Shown: positions 20,852-30,594 of the stretch, piece by piece | How the letters are laid out: each line of letters starts with the position of its first letter | Numbering within the stretch: position 1 is the first letter of the stretch | From: an uncultured Faecalibacterium sp. | GTDB taxonomy: Bacteria > Bacillota > Clostridia > Christensenellales > CAG-917 | Direction of reading: 5' to 3' | Length of the DNA stretch: 64,000 nt | NCBI GenBank assembly: GCA_964495385.1 | Contig: CAZBVO010000001.1 | Location: 2,127-66,126, forward strand | Notes under the pieces: model-generated | Seen by the model: only the letters and a program-made list of their open reading frames with translations | The model's database searches: none | What the model was told of the DNA's origin: nothing | Program-made: the position numbers and the translations under genes

Positions 20852-23497
20852 TTAGCCTCTCGGGTTGCGGATGTTAGCTTGTGCTGCTGCGAGGCGAGCT
20901 ATTGGCACGCGGAACGGCGAGCAGGAAACGTAATCGAGGCCGATTTCGTGGCAGAATTCGATGCTGGAAGGATCGCCGCCGTGTTCGCCGCAAATGCCGC
21001 AATGAATGTTCTTGCGAGTTGCGCGACCGAGTTCGACGCCCATCTTCATAAGTCTGCCTACGCCGACGGTGTCAAGCCTTGCAAACGGATCGGATTCGTA
21101 AATCTTTGCCGAATAGTAGCTCGGGAGGAACTTACCGGCATCGTCACGGCTGAAGCCGAAAGTAAGCTGTGTAAGGTCGTTTGTGCCGAAGCAGAAGAAT
21201 TCCGCTTCCTTGGCGATTTCGTCGGCCGTAAGGGCTGCACGAGGGATTTCGATCATGGTGCCGACTTCGTAATGGAGGTCGACGCCTGCTTCCTTGATGA
21301 TGCTGTCGGCGGTTTCGACAACGGTCTTTTTGCAGAAGGACAATTCCTTGATTTCGCCGATAAGCGGAATCATGATTTCAGGAACGATGTTCCAATCCGG
21401 ATGACGTTGTTTAACTGCGATGGCGGCTTTGATGATAGCCTTGGTCTGCATAACGGCGATTTCCGGATAGGTAACGGCCAGACGGCATCCACGGTGTCCC
21501 ATCATAGGGTTGACTTCGTGCAAGCTGTCGCAAAGAAGTTTGATTTCCTTAACGGTTTTGCCCTTTGCTTTTGCAAGGTCGGCGATGTCCTTTTCGTCGG
21601 TCGGAACGAACTCGTGAAGAGGAGGATCGAGGAAACGAATGGTAACCGGATGTCCTTTCAAAGCTTCCATAAGGCCTTCGAAGTCAGCCTGTTGCATCGG
21701 TTCGATTGCGTCGAGGGCTTTGATGCGCTCTTCTGCGGTTTCGGAGCAAATCATCTCACGGAATTTGTCGATTCTGCCCGGGCCGAAGAACATGTGTTCG
21801 GTACGGCAGAGGCCGATACCGGTAGCTCCGAGGTCGGCAGCGCGTTTTGCGTCTGCAGGAGTGTCGGCATTGGTTCTTACTTCCATAGCCTTATATTTGT
21901 CGGCAAGTTGCATAATACGTCCGAAGTAGCCGCTGTTAGGATCTGCCGGGACGGTTTTGATTGCGATGTCGTAGATGTTGCCGGTGGAGCCGTCCAACGA
22001 GAGGTCGTCGCCTTCGTGGAAAACTTTGCCGCCGAGTTCAAACCACTTCTCTTCTTCGTGCATCTTGATGTCGCCGCAACCGGAAACGCAGCAGGTTCCC
22101 ATTCCGCGAGCAACAACTGCAGCGTGAGAGGTTTGTCCGCCTCTGACGGTGAGGATGCCCTGAGCATATTTCATACCTTCGATGTCTTCCGGAGAGGTTT
22201 CCAAACGAACGAGGATGACTTTCTTGCCGTCTTTGCCGAGTTTAACCGCATCTTCCGGGGTGAACACGATGGTGCCTGCCGCTGCGCCCGGAGAAGCTGC
22301 GATGCCCTTGCCTACGACGTTGTTTTTGTCTGCCGATTTCAAAGCCTTAGCGTCGAATTGATCGTGCAGAAGCATATCCAAAGTTTTGGCATCGATTTGC
22401 AAAAGTGCTTCCTGTTCGGAAATCATACCTTCGTCGATAAGGTCGCAAGCGATTCTGATAGCTGCGGCTGCGGTACGTTTGCCGTTTCTGGTTTGAAGCA
22501 TGTAAAGTTTTTTCTGCTGGATGGTGAATTCCATATCCTGCATATCTCTGTAGTGGTTCTCAAGAATTTTGCAAACGCCTTGGAACTGTTCGTAAACTTC
22601 AGGCAAAACCTTTGCCATTTCGGAGATAGGCATCGGGGTGCGAACGCCGGCAACGACGTCTTCGCCCTGAGCGTTCATCAAAAATTCGCCCATGAGGCCC
22701 GGTTCGCCGGTTGCAGGGTTACGTGTGAAAGCAACGCCCGTGCCGCAATCGTCGCCCATGTTGCCGAATGCCATCATCTGAACGTTTACTGCCGTGCCCC
22801 AGCTGTAAGGGATGTCGTGGTCCATACGGTAGATGTTTGCACGAGGGTTGTCCCAGCTGCGGAAAACTGCTTTGATAGCTTCGAACAACTGTTCCTTCGG
22901 ATCGGACGGGAACGGCTTGCCGATTTTTGCCTGATATTCCGCTTTGAACTGACCAGCAAGTTCCTTGAGGTCTTCGGCGGTAAGTTCGACGTCGTAAGTA
23001 ACGCCCTTTCTTTCTTTAAGTTCGTCGATAAGTGCTTCGAAGTATTTTTTGCCGACTTCCATAACAACGTCGCTGAACATTTGGATAAAGCGTCTGTAGC
23101 AGTCCCATGCCCATCTCGGATTGCCGGATTTTTTGGCAAGAACTTCAACAACGTCGTCGTTGAGACCGAGGTTTAAGATGGTGTCCATCATGCCAGGCAT
23201 AGAAGCCCTTGCGCCGGAACGTACGGATACGAGAAGAGGGTTTTCCTTGTCGCCGAATTTCATGCCGGCCTTTTCTTCCAACATTCTGACGTTTTCAAGA
23301 ATTTCGGCCTTAATTTCATCGTTGATTTGTCTGCCGTCTTCATAGTACTGAGTGCAGGCCTCGGTGGTGATGGTGAAGCCGAACGGTACAGGCAGACCGA
23401 TGTGTGTCATTTCGGCAAGGTTAGCGCCTTTGCCACCCAAAAGGTTGCGCATATCCTTGTTGCCTTCGGAAAATTTGTAAACAAACTTCTTTGCCAT
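20852..23497 (-). CDS. ppdK: pyruvate, phosphate dikinase
   Basis: 881-aa ORF. It has an N-terminal ATP-grasp (GGKGANLAEM), the phosphohistidine motif GGQTSHAAVVARG and a C-terminal PEP-utilising TIM barrel (CGEHGGDP). Confidence 0.96.
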   Translation of the reverse strand: MAKKFVYKFSEGNKDMRNLLGGKGANLAEMTHIGLPVPFGFTITTEACTQYYEDGRQINDEIKAEILENVRMLEEKAGMKFGDKENPLLVSVRSGARASMPGMMDTILNLGLNDDVVEVLAKKSGNPRWAWDCYRRFIQMFSDVVMEVGKKYFEALIDELKERKGVTYDVELTAEDLKELAGQFKAEYQAKIGKPFPSDPKEQLFEAIKAVFRSWDNPRANIYRMDHDIPYSWGTAVNVQMMAFGNMGDDCGTGVAFTRNPATGEPGLMGEFLMNAQGEDVVAGVRTPMPISEMAKVLPEVYEQFQGVCKILENHYRDMQDMEFTIQQKKLYMLQTRNGKRTAAAAIRIACDLIDEGMISEQEALLQIDAKTLDMLLHDQFDAKALKSADKNNVVGKGIAASPGAAAGTIVFTPEDAVKLGKDGKKVILVRLETSPEDIEGMKYAQGILTVRGGQTSHAAVVARGMGTCCVSGCGDIKMHEEEKWFELGGKVFHEGDDLSLDGSTGNIYDIAIKTVPADPNSGYFGRIMQLADKYKAMEVRTNADTPADAKRAADLGATGIGLCRTEHMFFGPGRIDKFREMICSETAEERIKALDAIEPMQQADFEGLMEALKGHPVTIRFLDPPLHEFVPTDEKDIADLAKAKGKTVKEIKLLCDSLHEVNPMMGHRGCRLAVTYPEIAVMQTKAIIKAAIAVKQRHPDWNIVPEIMIPLIGEIKELSFCKKTVVETADSIIKEAGVDLHYEVGTMIEIPRAALTADEIAKEAEFFCFGTNDLTQLTFGFSRDDAGKFLPSYYSAKIYESDPFARLDTVGVGRLMKMGVELGRATRKNIHCGICGEHGGDPSSIEFCHEIGLDYVSCSPFRVPIARLAAAQANIRNPRG

Positions 23498-23670
23498 AAG
23501 ATATAAATCCTCCTAAAAAAACTGTAAATTTATCTGTATTATGTGAAAACTGAATAATTTTGTGCTATACGCACCCGGTTATACCTTAAAAATTCTATAC
23601 TAAATTCTTAATTTTGGCAAGTAAAATGCCGCCCATAGGCAAAATTTGCACAAATAAAATTATGCGACCG

Positions 23671-24381
23671 CTAAAGCCGCATAAATTGTTCGAGGTTGGA
23701 TGCTTTTATGCCGGTGAGTCTCATAAGCACGGTTGCAAGGGAATAAAACGCCGACTTTGCCTCGGCTTCGCTGCCCCGCTCCGAATTTTTCACGCATTCG
23801 AACGCCCCTGCCGAAAACGGAACGTTGTCGGTGGTTTTATAGTGGCGGTCGACAAACCCTCCCGACACCAAATCGAAGCCCACGTCTCCCGTCAAAGGCA
23901 AGCCGCTGACGGCACAAACGTCGGTGTTTAGTCCGTAGCCCGACAACGCAAGAACGTCCTTAACGTAATCTATCAACGGCCTTATCGCCGACGGACTGTC
24001 GCCGTAGCAAAGTTCCTTAAGACATTCGACGGCCCTGACCGTAAGCCGCGCGGTGGATTCGACGTCCTCCGACGACAGTTTTTCGGTTATTTCCAAAACA
24101 AAAAAACCCGCATAAAATTTCACTATATCTTCGGCCAACGTGCCGAAAGTGTCGTATGCGGTGCAGCCGGTAACGGAATAATGTCCGTTTGGCGATTTGT
24201 TCAATATGTACTCGCCGAAGCAAAAAGGGCTTGCGGCAAAACGGAGTTTGGATTTTGGGGACTTGCAACTGCGAATTTTGGCAAGCAATTTCCCGCCCTC
24301 CACAGTGCACAGCGACAGCAGCCTGTCGTTGTCCTTATAATCAATCGTTCTGACGCAAAGCGCATTTAATTTAACTTCCAT
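23671..24381 (-). CDS. recO: DNA repair protein RecO
   Basis: 236-aa ORF with an N-terminal OB-fold pattern (ALCVRTIDYKDNDRLLSL). It sits in the conserved era-yqzL-recO order. Confidence 0.85.
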   Translation of the reverse strand: MEVKLNALCVRTIDYKDNDRLLSLCTVEGGKLLAKIRSCKSPKSKLRFAASPFCFGEYILNKSPNGHYSVTGCTAYDTFGTLAEDIVKFYAGFFVLEITEKLSSEDVESTARLTVRAVECLKELCYGDSPSAIRPLIDYVKDVLALSGYGLNTDVCAVSGLPLTGDVGFDLVSGGFVDRHYKTTDNVPFSAGAFECVKNSERGSEAEAKSAFYSLATVLMRLTGIKASNLEQFMRL

Positions 24382-24497
24382 TAGTGTTTAAACCTGTTTT
24401 CAGTCTTTTGCCCGACGGCCTTATACAATCTGTAGTAGCACGGATTTCCCGTGGTTTTGAAAAGTTGCCAAGCCAGTTTTTCGACGTCGTTGTTCAT
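24381..24497 (-). CDS. yqzL: YqzL-family small protein (38 aa), not in the ORF track
   Basis: Minus-strand ORF MNNDVEKLAWQLFKTTGNPCYYRLYKAVGQKTENRFKH. Its TAA overlaps the recO ATG (TAATG). Its position between era and recO matches Bacillus yqzL. Confidence 0.75.
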   Translation of the reverse strand: MNNDVEKLAWQLFKTTGNPCYYRLYKAVGQKTENRFKH

Positions 24498-24545
24498 ACT
24501 TCACCTCGAAACTATGGTTTGCAAATTTCAAAAAAATATGCACGT

Positions 24546-25439
24546 TTACAAATCGGTTGAATCGTAGCCCAATTCCTTAAGCATAAAATCGCTGTCGCGC
24601 CACTCTTCCTTCACTCTAACCCACAGCGTGAGATAAACTTTGCCGTCCAACATTTCCTCGATATCCCGTCTGGCCTCCGAAGCGATACGCTTAAGCATTT
24701 CGCCTTTTTTGCCGATGATGATGGCCTTGTGGCTCTGTTTTTCGCAAATGACGTCGGCATCGATGTCCGTGATTATTCCGTCCGGACGGGTTTCGAATTT
24801 GTTGACGTAAACGCCTATGCCGTACGGAATTTCCTTATCCAGCAGTTTCAATGCCTTTTCTCGAATGATTTCGGCGGTCATAAAACGTACCGAACGGTCG
24901 GTGAAAACGTCTTCCGGATAATACTCGGCACCCTCAGGCAGCAAGCCGATAATCTGCTGTTTGAGTTCGTCCACCGCATCGCCGCGTTTTGCGCTTATAG
25001 GAACAACACAGTACAAGCCTTCCACTTCGGTCAGTCTTGCCAAAACCGCCAGAACGTTTTCCGGAGCGACGGTGTCTATTTTGTTTACGGCAACCAGCGT
25101 TTTCGTGCCGCTTTTTACGCTTTTTGAAATATAGTCGACGTCGTAGTCGTCAATGCCCTTTTCGGCGTTTACGACGTAAAGAACGGCGTCAACGTCGTTA
25201 AGTGCGGACTTGACGCTTTTCATCATATAGTCGCCCAAGTGGTTTTTTGCGGTATGCAAACCCGGCGTATCCAAAAATACGGCCTGGTATCCGTCGCCGT
25301 GCATAATGCCCGTGATTTTGTTTCTGGTTGTTTGCGGACGCCAGGAAACTATTGCAACCTTTTCTCCGACAAGTGCATTTACGAGTGTCGATTTGCCCGC
25401 GTTAGGTTTGCCGACTATTGTTATAAAACCCGATTTCAT
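24546..25439 (-). CDS. era: GTPase Era
   Basis: 297-aa ORF with GKPNAGKST, DTPG, NKID and a C-terminal KH domain. Confidence 0.95.
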   Translation of the reverse strand: MKSGFITIVGKPNAGKSTLVNALVGEKVAIVSWRPQTTRNKITGIMHGDGYQAVFLDTPGLHTAKNHLGDYMMKSVKSALNDVDAVLYVVNAEKGIDDYDVDYISKSVKSGTKTLVAVNKIDTVAPENVLAVLARLTEVEGLYCVVPISAKRGDAVDELKQQIIGLLPEGAEYYPEDVFTDRSVRFMTAEIIREKALKLLDKEIPYGIGVYVNKFETRPDGIITDIDADVICEKQSHKAIIIGKKGEMLKRIASEARRDIEEMLDGKVYLTLWVRVKEEWRDSDFMLKELGYDSTDL

Positions 25440-25448
25440 TTTATCCTC

Positions 25449-25922
25449 TCAATCTCTGGTGATGTTCAATTGGTTAAGCACGGCTTCCTCGTGCATTCTC
25501 ATGACGGCTTTGTCCTCTTCCGTTTCGTGATCGAAGCCCAAAAGATGCAAAATGCCGTGCAAAGTCAAATATGCCGCTTCCCTTTCTTCCGAATGGCCGT
25601 ATTCGGCGGCCTGCTCCTTAACTTTGTCGTAGCAAATAACTATGTCGCCCAGCAAAAGCTTGCCGCTGTCGTAGTCAATATCCATAGGATATTGTTTTTT
25701 GGTTACAGGCAGCGAATTTATGGTCAGCGTCGGAAAAGACAAAACGTCCGTAACTCTGTCCACTCCGCGTTCGTCATTGTTTATTTGCCTGATTTCGTCG
25801 GCGGAAACAATTTCGATTTCAACCGAAAACACGTCCGATTGCCCAAAATGTTTTAAGGCCGCACGGTAAACTTTTTTTATCAGTTTTTGTTGTTTTTCAG
25901 GTACGTTGTAAAAATTTATCAT
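25449..25922 (-). CDS. ybeY: rRNA maturation endoribonuclease YbeY
   Basis: HGILHLLGFDH zinc motif. The start is set at MINFYNV (ATG 25920-25922), just after the upstream gene's stop at 25925. The longer track ORF overlaps that gene. Confidence 0.9.
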   Translation of the reverse strand: MINFYNVPEKQQKLIKKVYRAALKHFGQSDVFSVEIEIVSADEIRQINNDERGVDRVTDVLSFPTLTINSLPVTKKQYPMDIDYDSGKLLLGDIVICYDKVKEQAAEYGHSEEREAAYLTLHGILHLLGFDHETEEDKAVMRMHEEAVLNQLNITRD

Positions 25923-25924
25923 AG

Positions 25925-27367
25925 CTATTTTTTGTACTCCACTCTCGTATGGAACGCACCGGCAAGCACCGAAACGATGGCGTCGACGATTTTTGACAAA
26001 TCGCTCATAGTTATGTCGCATTCGTCAAACTGACCGTCGGCAATGCGTTCGTTCACCATTTTTTTGGCGAGGTCCTCTATTTCCTCCGCTCTGTGCAAAT
26101 TCATTGCCCTTGCCGCCGCCTCGACGGTGTCGCAAATCATTATGATTGCGGCGATTTTCGTGGAAGGTTTCGGACCGTCGTAACGGTAAAGTTCGTCATC
26201 GAGGCCGCCGCCGTCGGTAAGCTTCAAAGCTTTGTAATAAAATGCCTTTATTGGCGTTGTCCCGTGGTGTTCCATGGCGACTTTTGCAAGTTCCTCCGGA
26301 AGTCTGTTTTCCCTGATGATTTGCGCGCCGTTTTTGGTGTGTTTGGAAATAACCGAAACGCTGACGTCCGGGATGAGGTCGTCGTGCGGATTGTGTCCGC
26401 CGGCCTGGTTTTCGATAAAGAAAGCAGGCGATTTAAGTTTACCTACGTCGTGATAATAGGCCGCCGCCCTTGCCATATGCGTGTTTTCGCCGATTGCCAA
26501 AGCGCATTTTTCGGCCAAGTTGCTGACAATTATGCTGTGATTGAAAGTGCCCGGAGCTTCGTCGGACAACCGCTTGATCAAAGGTGCGCTGTAACTGCAA
26601 AGCTCGTCCAGTTTATAGTCGGTTACGGCATTGAACGTCGTTTCCATTATAGGCACGATAGGCATCTGCAAAACTATGGCTATGCAGTTTGACAGAACCA
26701 CCCAAATTGCGTTTTGCAAAATTTCCGAACTGCCCTGCCCGAGTGCCAGCGTCAAAATGGCCGAAAACGGAGCAAACAAAAATCCGACACCGGCACCTGC
26801 GCCGATAAACTTGATTCTGGTCAGCCTCAACGAGCCCAAATACAACAGCACGAAGCCGCCTATGCAGCCGCAGAACACGCTTGCCACCACGCCTGCCATC
26901 GTCTCGGACGAGTACGGCGCTTTGACAAAAAAGATTATAAGCATCAGCGGAACCAATGCGATGTTCGCAACCGAAGCAACGCTCGGCGCAATCAACAGAC
27001 ACACGACTATGGCGCAAAGCTGAATAGGCATTGCGTAAACGTTAAGCATGTCCGAGCAAACACAACTTATGACCGCCGCCAAAACGATGTTAAGATAAAC
27101 TATGACGATGTTTTTGGAGGTAAGATATTTGCCTCCGAAATAATACATATAGGCGTACACCGCCAGAAGGATGAACGCCATAATGGCAAACAACGCCATA
27201 TTTTCAAAAAACTTATCCGACGCAAGGCCTTCGGAAGGCGTCGCTCCGTACCACACCGCCACAAACAGCGTAAGCAATCCGGCAAACACGCACACCATAA
27301 CAAGACTCAACAAAAAGGTTTTTGCAAAATTTTTGCCGTCGGTCGTTTTGAAAGAAGTATTCTGCAT
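25925..27367 (-). CDS. pgpH: 7TM-HD (HDIG) membrane phosphohydrolase, PgpH/YqfF family
   Basis: 480-aa ORF with about 7 TM helices followed by an HD domain (AAAYYHDVGKLK ... MEHHGT). It occupies the conserved position upstream of ybeY. Confidence 0.8.
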   Translation of the reverse strand: MQNTSFKTTDGKNFAKTFLLSLVMVCVFAGLLTLFVAVWYGATPSEGLASDKFFENMALFAIMAFILLAVYAYMYYFGGKYLTSKNIVIVYLNIVLAAVISCVCSDMLNVYAMPIQLCAIVVCLLIAPSVASVANIALVPLMLIIFFVKAPYSSETMAGVVASVFCGCIGGFVLLYLGSLRLTRIKFIGAGAGVGFLFAPFSAILTLALGQGSSEILQNAIWVVLSNCIAIVLQMPIVPIMETTFNAVTDYKLDELCSYSAPLIKRLSDEAPGTFNHSIIVSNLAEKCALAIGENTHMARAAAYYHDVGKLKSPAFFIENQAGGHNPHDDLIPDVSVSVISKHTKNGAQIIRENRLPEELAKVAMEHHGTTPIKAFYYKALKLTDGGGLDDELYRYDGPKPSTKIAAIIMICDTVEAAARAMNLHRAEEIEDLAKKMVNERIADGQFDECDITMSDLSKIVDAIVSVLAGAFHTRVEYKK

Positions 27368-27397
27368 ATTTTCTCCTTAGGTTCGGACAAACGTCCG

Positions 27398-28513
27398 TTA
27401 GCCGACGTCTATGCGCATTTCGGCCTCGACTACGGCACGAACGACATATCCGTCTTGTGTCTTTTTAATTTCCGTCCTGCCCCCTCGCACGGTTGCCGAC
27501 GGAGGGACTTGACTTATCGCAAGAGCGGTTGCCTGACTTTCAAGCTGCTCTCTTACCGTTTCGAAACCGTATTTCGGCAAACGGTATTCCGTTTCCCTAA
27601 ATTCGACGGTAACGTATTCGTACGGCAAAAAAATGCCGACTGTTCTTTTTTTGACAACGGTGTCGTAGTTTTCAAATTCCGGCTTGAAATCGAAACCGTT
27701 GAAGCCAAAAAAATTCAAATAGGTTTTTTTGACACTGCGACCGGTGTAGCACAGCTGCTTTTGATCGGAAAAATATCCGACTTCCGCCGTAAAATAGCAA
27801 ATGCCGTACACTTCGCCCGAAGCCGCACAGGCAATTTTTTCGTCCCCAACCAAAGTGTAGCCGCCGATAAGCAAATCGCCCGTTTTTACCGCGCGTCCGC
27901 TTTCGCACTCGGCAGTTCCGGACCAAACGATCACCCTTGTGACCAAAGCGTTTTTTAAAGACCGTATTTCCGCCTTGTCGAAATCGAAAAAAGTTTCGCC
28001 GTCCAAACTCTCGGCAAGTTTAACGTCAAGTCGGTTGCCTGTTTTTTTGACGGATGCAAACGACACCTTTTCAATGCCGGCCACCAACGCGTCTTCCATT
28101 TGCTTTTCCGAAGCGATGATGCGCCCCGAAAGGTCGATGCCTGCTTTTTTTAGCGTCTGCCTGACTTCGTATTCCGTCACCGACGGAGCATCGACGGCAA
28201 CTTTAAAAACAAAACCGTCCGAAAACAACACAAAGGCAACATACGCCACAACCGCAAACAAAACGCCGCCCGATTTGATGCGCCTGAAAATTCGGTCCCG
28301 AAAACTTTCGTACTCCACCGATTTGTAATTATAACACATTCTGTCAAATAAAGCAATTATATTTGACGACTGTTTTTTTAAGCAATAAACAAGCAAACCC
28401 CGCCCGCATTTTTCGGCCCGTTCGACAAAAATACCCTCGGCAATAAGTTTTGACAAAATTCGTCCGTGATTGGGTTCGTCGATCAAAAAACAGCTCAGTC
28501 TTTTAGTCGTCAT
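27398..28513 (-). CDS. yqfD: sporulation protein YqfD (stage IV-type)
   Basis: About 370 aa with a single central TM segment and the YqfD-like layout. It immediately follows yqfC. The start is set at MTTKRL (ATG 28511-28513) after a G-rich RBS, overlapping yqfC by 11 nt. Confidence 0.75.
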   Translation of the reverse strand: MTTKRLSCFLIDEPNHGRILSKLIAEGIFVERAEKCGRGLLVYCLKKQSSNIIALFDRMCYNYKSVEYESFRDRIFRRIKSGGVLFAVVAYVAFVLFSDGFVFKVAVDAPSVTEYEVRQTLKKAGIDLSGRIIASEKQMEDALVAGIEKVSFASVKKTGNRLDVKLAESLDGETFFDFDKAEIRSLKNALVTRVIVWSGTAECESGRAVKTGDLLIGGYTLVGDEKIACAASGEVYGICYFTAEVGYFSDQKQLCYTGRSVKKTYLNFFGFNGFDFKPEFENYDTVVKKRTVGIFLPYEYVTVEFRETEYRLPKYGFETVREQLESQATALAISQVPPSATVRGGRTEIKKTQDGYVVRAVVEAEMRIDVG

Positions 28514-28760
28514 ACCCCACCCCCGAAATTTCGCCCGATACGGTAAGGGCCGTAGAAGACAGCTGCCGAATAACCAAATTTTTGCCGCGAACGGCAATTA
28601 GTCCGTCGGGCAGTCTGATTTTCACCTCGTCGGGGCTAAACGACAAAACCCCTTTTTGCCCCTCAACCAACACCGCCGTCCGTCCGAACAGCGTCAGCCG
28701 ATACGGCACCAAATCGCATCCGAGTTTTTTGAAAATATCCGCAATTTTTTCTTCAAACAT
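28503..28760 (-). CDS. yqfC: sporulation protein YqfC (YabP family)
   Basis: 85-aa ORF of YabP/YqfC size with that family's beta-rich pattern (RLTLFGRTAVLVEG...LVIRQL). It is paired with yqfD. Confidence 0.75.
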   Translation of the reverse strand: MFEEKIADIFKKLGCDLVPYRLTLFGRTAVLVEGQKGVLSFSPDEVKIRLPDGLIAVRGKNLVIRQLSSTALTVSGEISGVGYDD

Positions 28761-28801
28761 GCTAAAAATTATTCAGCAAAATCAATCAATATTCCTCAAC
28801 G

Positions 28802-28823
28802 AAAAAACGGCGCAAGCGCGCCG
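28802..28823 (-). terminator. terminator after the dnaB-type helicase gene
   Basis: CGGCGC (28808-28813) / GCGCCG (28818-28823), followed on the minus strand by TTTTTTC. Confidence 0.6.
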
Positions 28824-28839
28824 CTTTTAAATGCGTTGA

Positions 28840-30576
28840 TTAAAATTCGATGTCTCCGCCGTCATCGGAAACTTTTTTCAGGTTCAAATCCGAAAATGCC
28901 GACTCCTCGAAAGCGGGATCGTAAGTTTCGAAAGTCTCTTCCTTAAAGTCGCCGTCCGTTTCAAAAACGACCTCGCCTCCCACGTTGTCGTCAAGGTCAA
29001 ACGGGACGTCGTCCTGAACGGGTTTAAGCACTATTTCGGCGTCCGCCTCGGCATCCGGCTTTACCGTTTCTGTTTGCGGAACGGCTATTTTTTCAGGCAT
29101 ATTTGCAGGTTTAACTTCCGTTTCGGTTGTTTTACCCTCGTTTTTGTTTTGCTTCAAAACAGGTGCGTAATTGTCTGAATCAGGCACTTCGATCGGCACG
29201 AAACGTTGCAGATGTCCCTGCCATTCGAACGCAAGTTTGCCCAGTTCGCCGTGGCGGTTTTTCTTTACGAACATTTCAACCACGTTAGGCACGCTGTAAA
29301 TAGATTGCACCGCTTTTGCCGCCGGGATGTTTTCGTTGGCATTTGCCTCGGCAGGATTGTAGCGTTGCAAAAATGCTACGAAGTCGGCGTCTTGTTCGAT
29401 ACTTCCCGATTCCCTCAGGTCCGACAATTTCGGTTCGCCTCCCCTCATTTCGCCGGCGCGGTTAAGCTGCGACAAAACCAAAAACGGAACGTCCAATTCC
29501 TTTGCGTATTTTTTGATGTTTCGGCTCATATCCGAAACTTCCTGCTGTCTGCCTTCGCGTCTGTCGGAAGCGTTTTCGGAGCTCATAAGTTGCAAATAGT
29601 CCACGATAACGAGGTCCAAACCGTGCTGAACTTTCATTCTGCGGCACTTGCTTAAAATGGATGCCGGCGTGTTTTCGACGCTGACGTCGATGTAAATTTC
29701 GCTGTTGCCCAAAGCCACGTTGGCCTCGTAAAGCTTTTTGATTTGCGACGGAGCCAAAGCCCTCGGCGTTTCCTGATATTTTTTAGGGATGCCGGAAAGT
29801 TGAGTCTGCATACGGCCGACAAGTTCCTGTTTGCTCATTTCGAGGTTGAAAATTGCAATCCTCTTCCCTTCGTTTACGCCCAAGTGAGTGGCAACGGCAA
29901 GTGCGAATGCGGTTTTACCGACACCCGGACGGGCGGCGATAAGATTAAACGTACCCGGGCGCAAACCGCCGATGATTTCGTCCAAATTGTCGAATCCCGT
30001 CGGAAGGCCTTTGTCGTCCAAATGTCCCTTTTGGATGCGCTCGATGCGGTCGTAAGCGAGGTTGCTGGCCTCGGAAATTTGCTCCAGATCGGACTTATCG
30101 AGGCTTTCGGAGATGTCAAACACGCATTTTTCGGCATTGCGCAAAGCGGATTCGCCGCTTTCGGCACGGTAGCCGTAGTCGCTGATATCCACGCCGCAAC
30201 GGATGACTCTGCGGATAAGATAATCGCGATAAATATTGTCCAAATAGGCTTTTGCACCCGCCGAAGAGGCTACGTTTTCGGTGATGCTGTACAAATAATC
30301 TATACCGCCCGATTGCTCGAGCTTTCCCGATTTTTCAAGCTTGTCGCTGACGGTAACGATATCTACCGGCTTACCCTCTTTGTAAAGCGAAAAACAGGCA
30401 TCGTAGATGTTTTTGTGTGCCTCGATGAAAAAGTAATTGGCATTGATTCCCGACACGAGGTCGTTGCAAACTTCGCCGTCAATCAAGAAGCATCCCAAAA
30501 GAGCGGCCTCGTTGGCGCTGTTGTACGGAAGTTGCTTTGCCGTAGGAACGTGTGCGGTGTTTGTATTTTTTGGCAT
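28840..30576 (-). CDS. dnaB: replicative DNA helicase (DnaB family) with a ~117-aa acidic C-terminal extension
   Basis: The N-terminal DnaB domain (NSANEAALLGCFL) is followed by Walker A ARPGVGKTAF, Walker B LVIVDYLQL and SQLNR. Residues ~462-578 are an extra D/E-rich tail. Confidence 0.9.
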   Translation of the reverse strand: MPKNTNTAHVPTAKQLPYNSANEAALLGCFLIDGEVCNDLVSGINANYFFIEAHKNIYDACFSLYKEGKPVDIVTVSDKLEKSGKLEQSGGIDYLYSITENVASSAGAKAYLDNIYRDYLIRRVIRCGVDISDYGYRAESGESALRNAEKCVFDISESLDKSDLEQISEASNLAYDRIERIQKGHLDDKGLPTGFDNLDEIIGGLRPGTFNLIAARPGVGKTAFALAVATHLGVNEGKRIAIFNLEMSKQELVGRMQTQLSGIPKKYQETPRALAPSQIKKLYEANVALGNSEIYIDVSVENTPASILSKCRRMKVQHGLDLVIVDYLQLMSSENASDRREGRQQEVSDMSRNIKKYAKELDVPFLVLSQLNRAGEMRGGEPKLSDLRESGSIEQDADFVAFLQRYNPAEANANENIPAAKAVQSIYSVPNVVEMFVKKNRHGELGKLAFEWQGHLQRFVPIEVPDSDNYAPVLKQNKNEGKTTETEVKPANMPEKIAVPQTETVKPDAEADAEIVLKPVQDDVPFDLDDNVGGEVVFETDGDFKEETFETYDPAFEESAFSDLNLKKVSDDGGDIEF

Positions 30577-30594
30577 ATTGTCCTCCCTCTGACG

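Noticed and set aside
23600-23670. A possible terminator between recO and ppdK.
   Set aside because: Only a 4-bp stem (TGCC/GGCA) with a modest T run is present, which is too weak to call. Whether recO reads through into ppdK needs transcript data.
28880-28890. GGTTCAAATCC, a tRNA T-loop-like string.
   Set aside because: The flanking bases do not form a T stem (TCAGG versus CCGAA) or an acceptor stem. The site lies inside the dnaB tail coding sequence.
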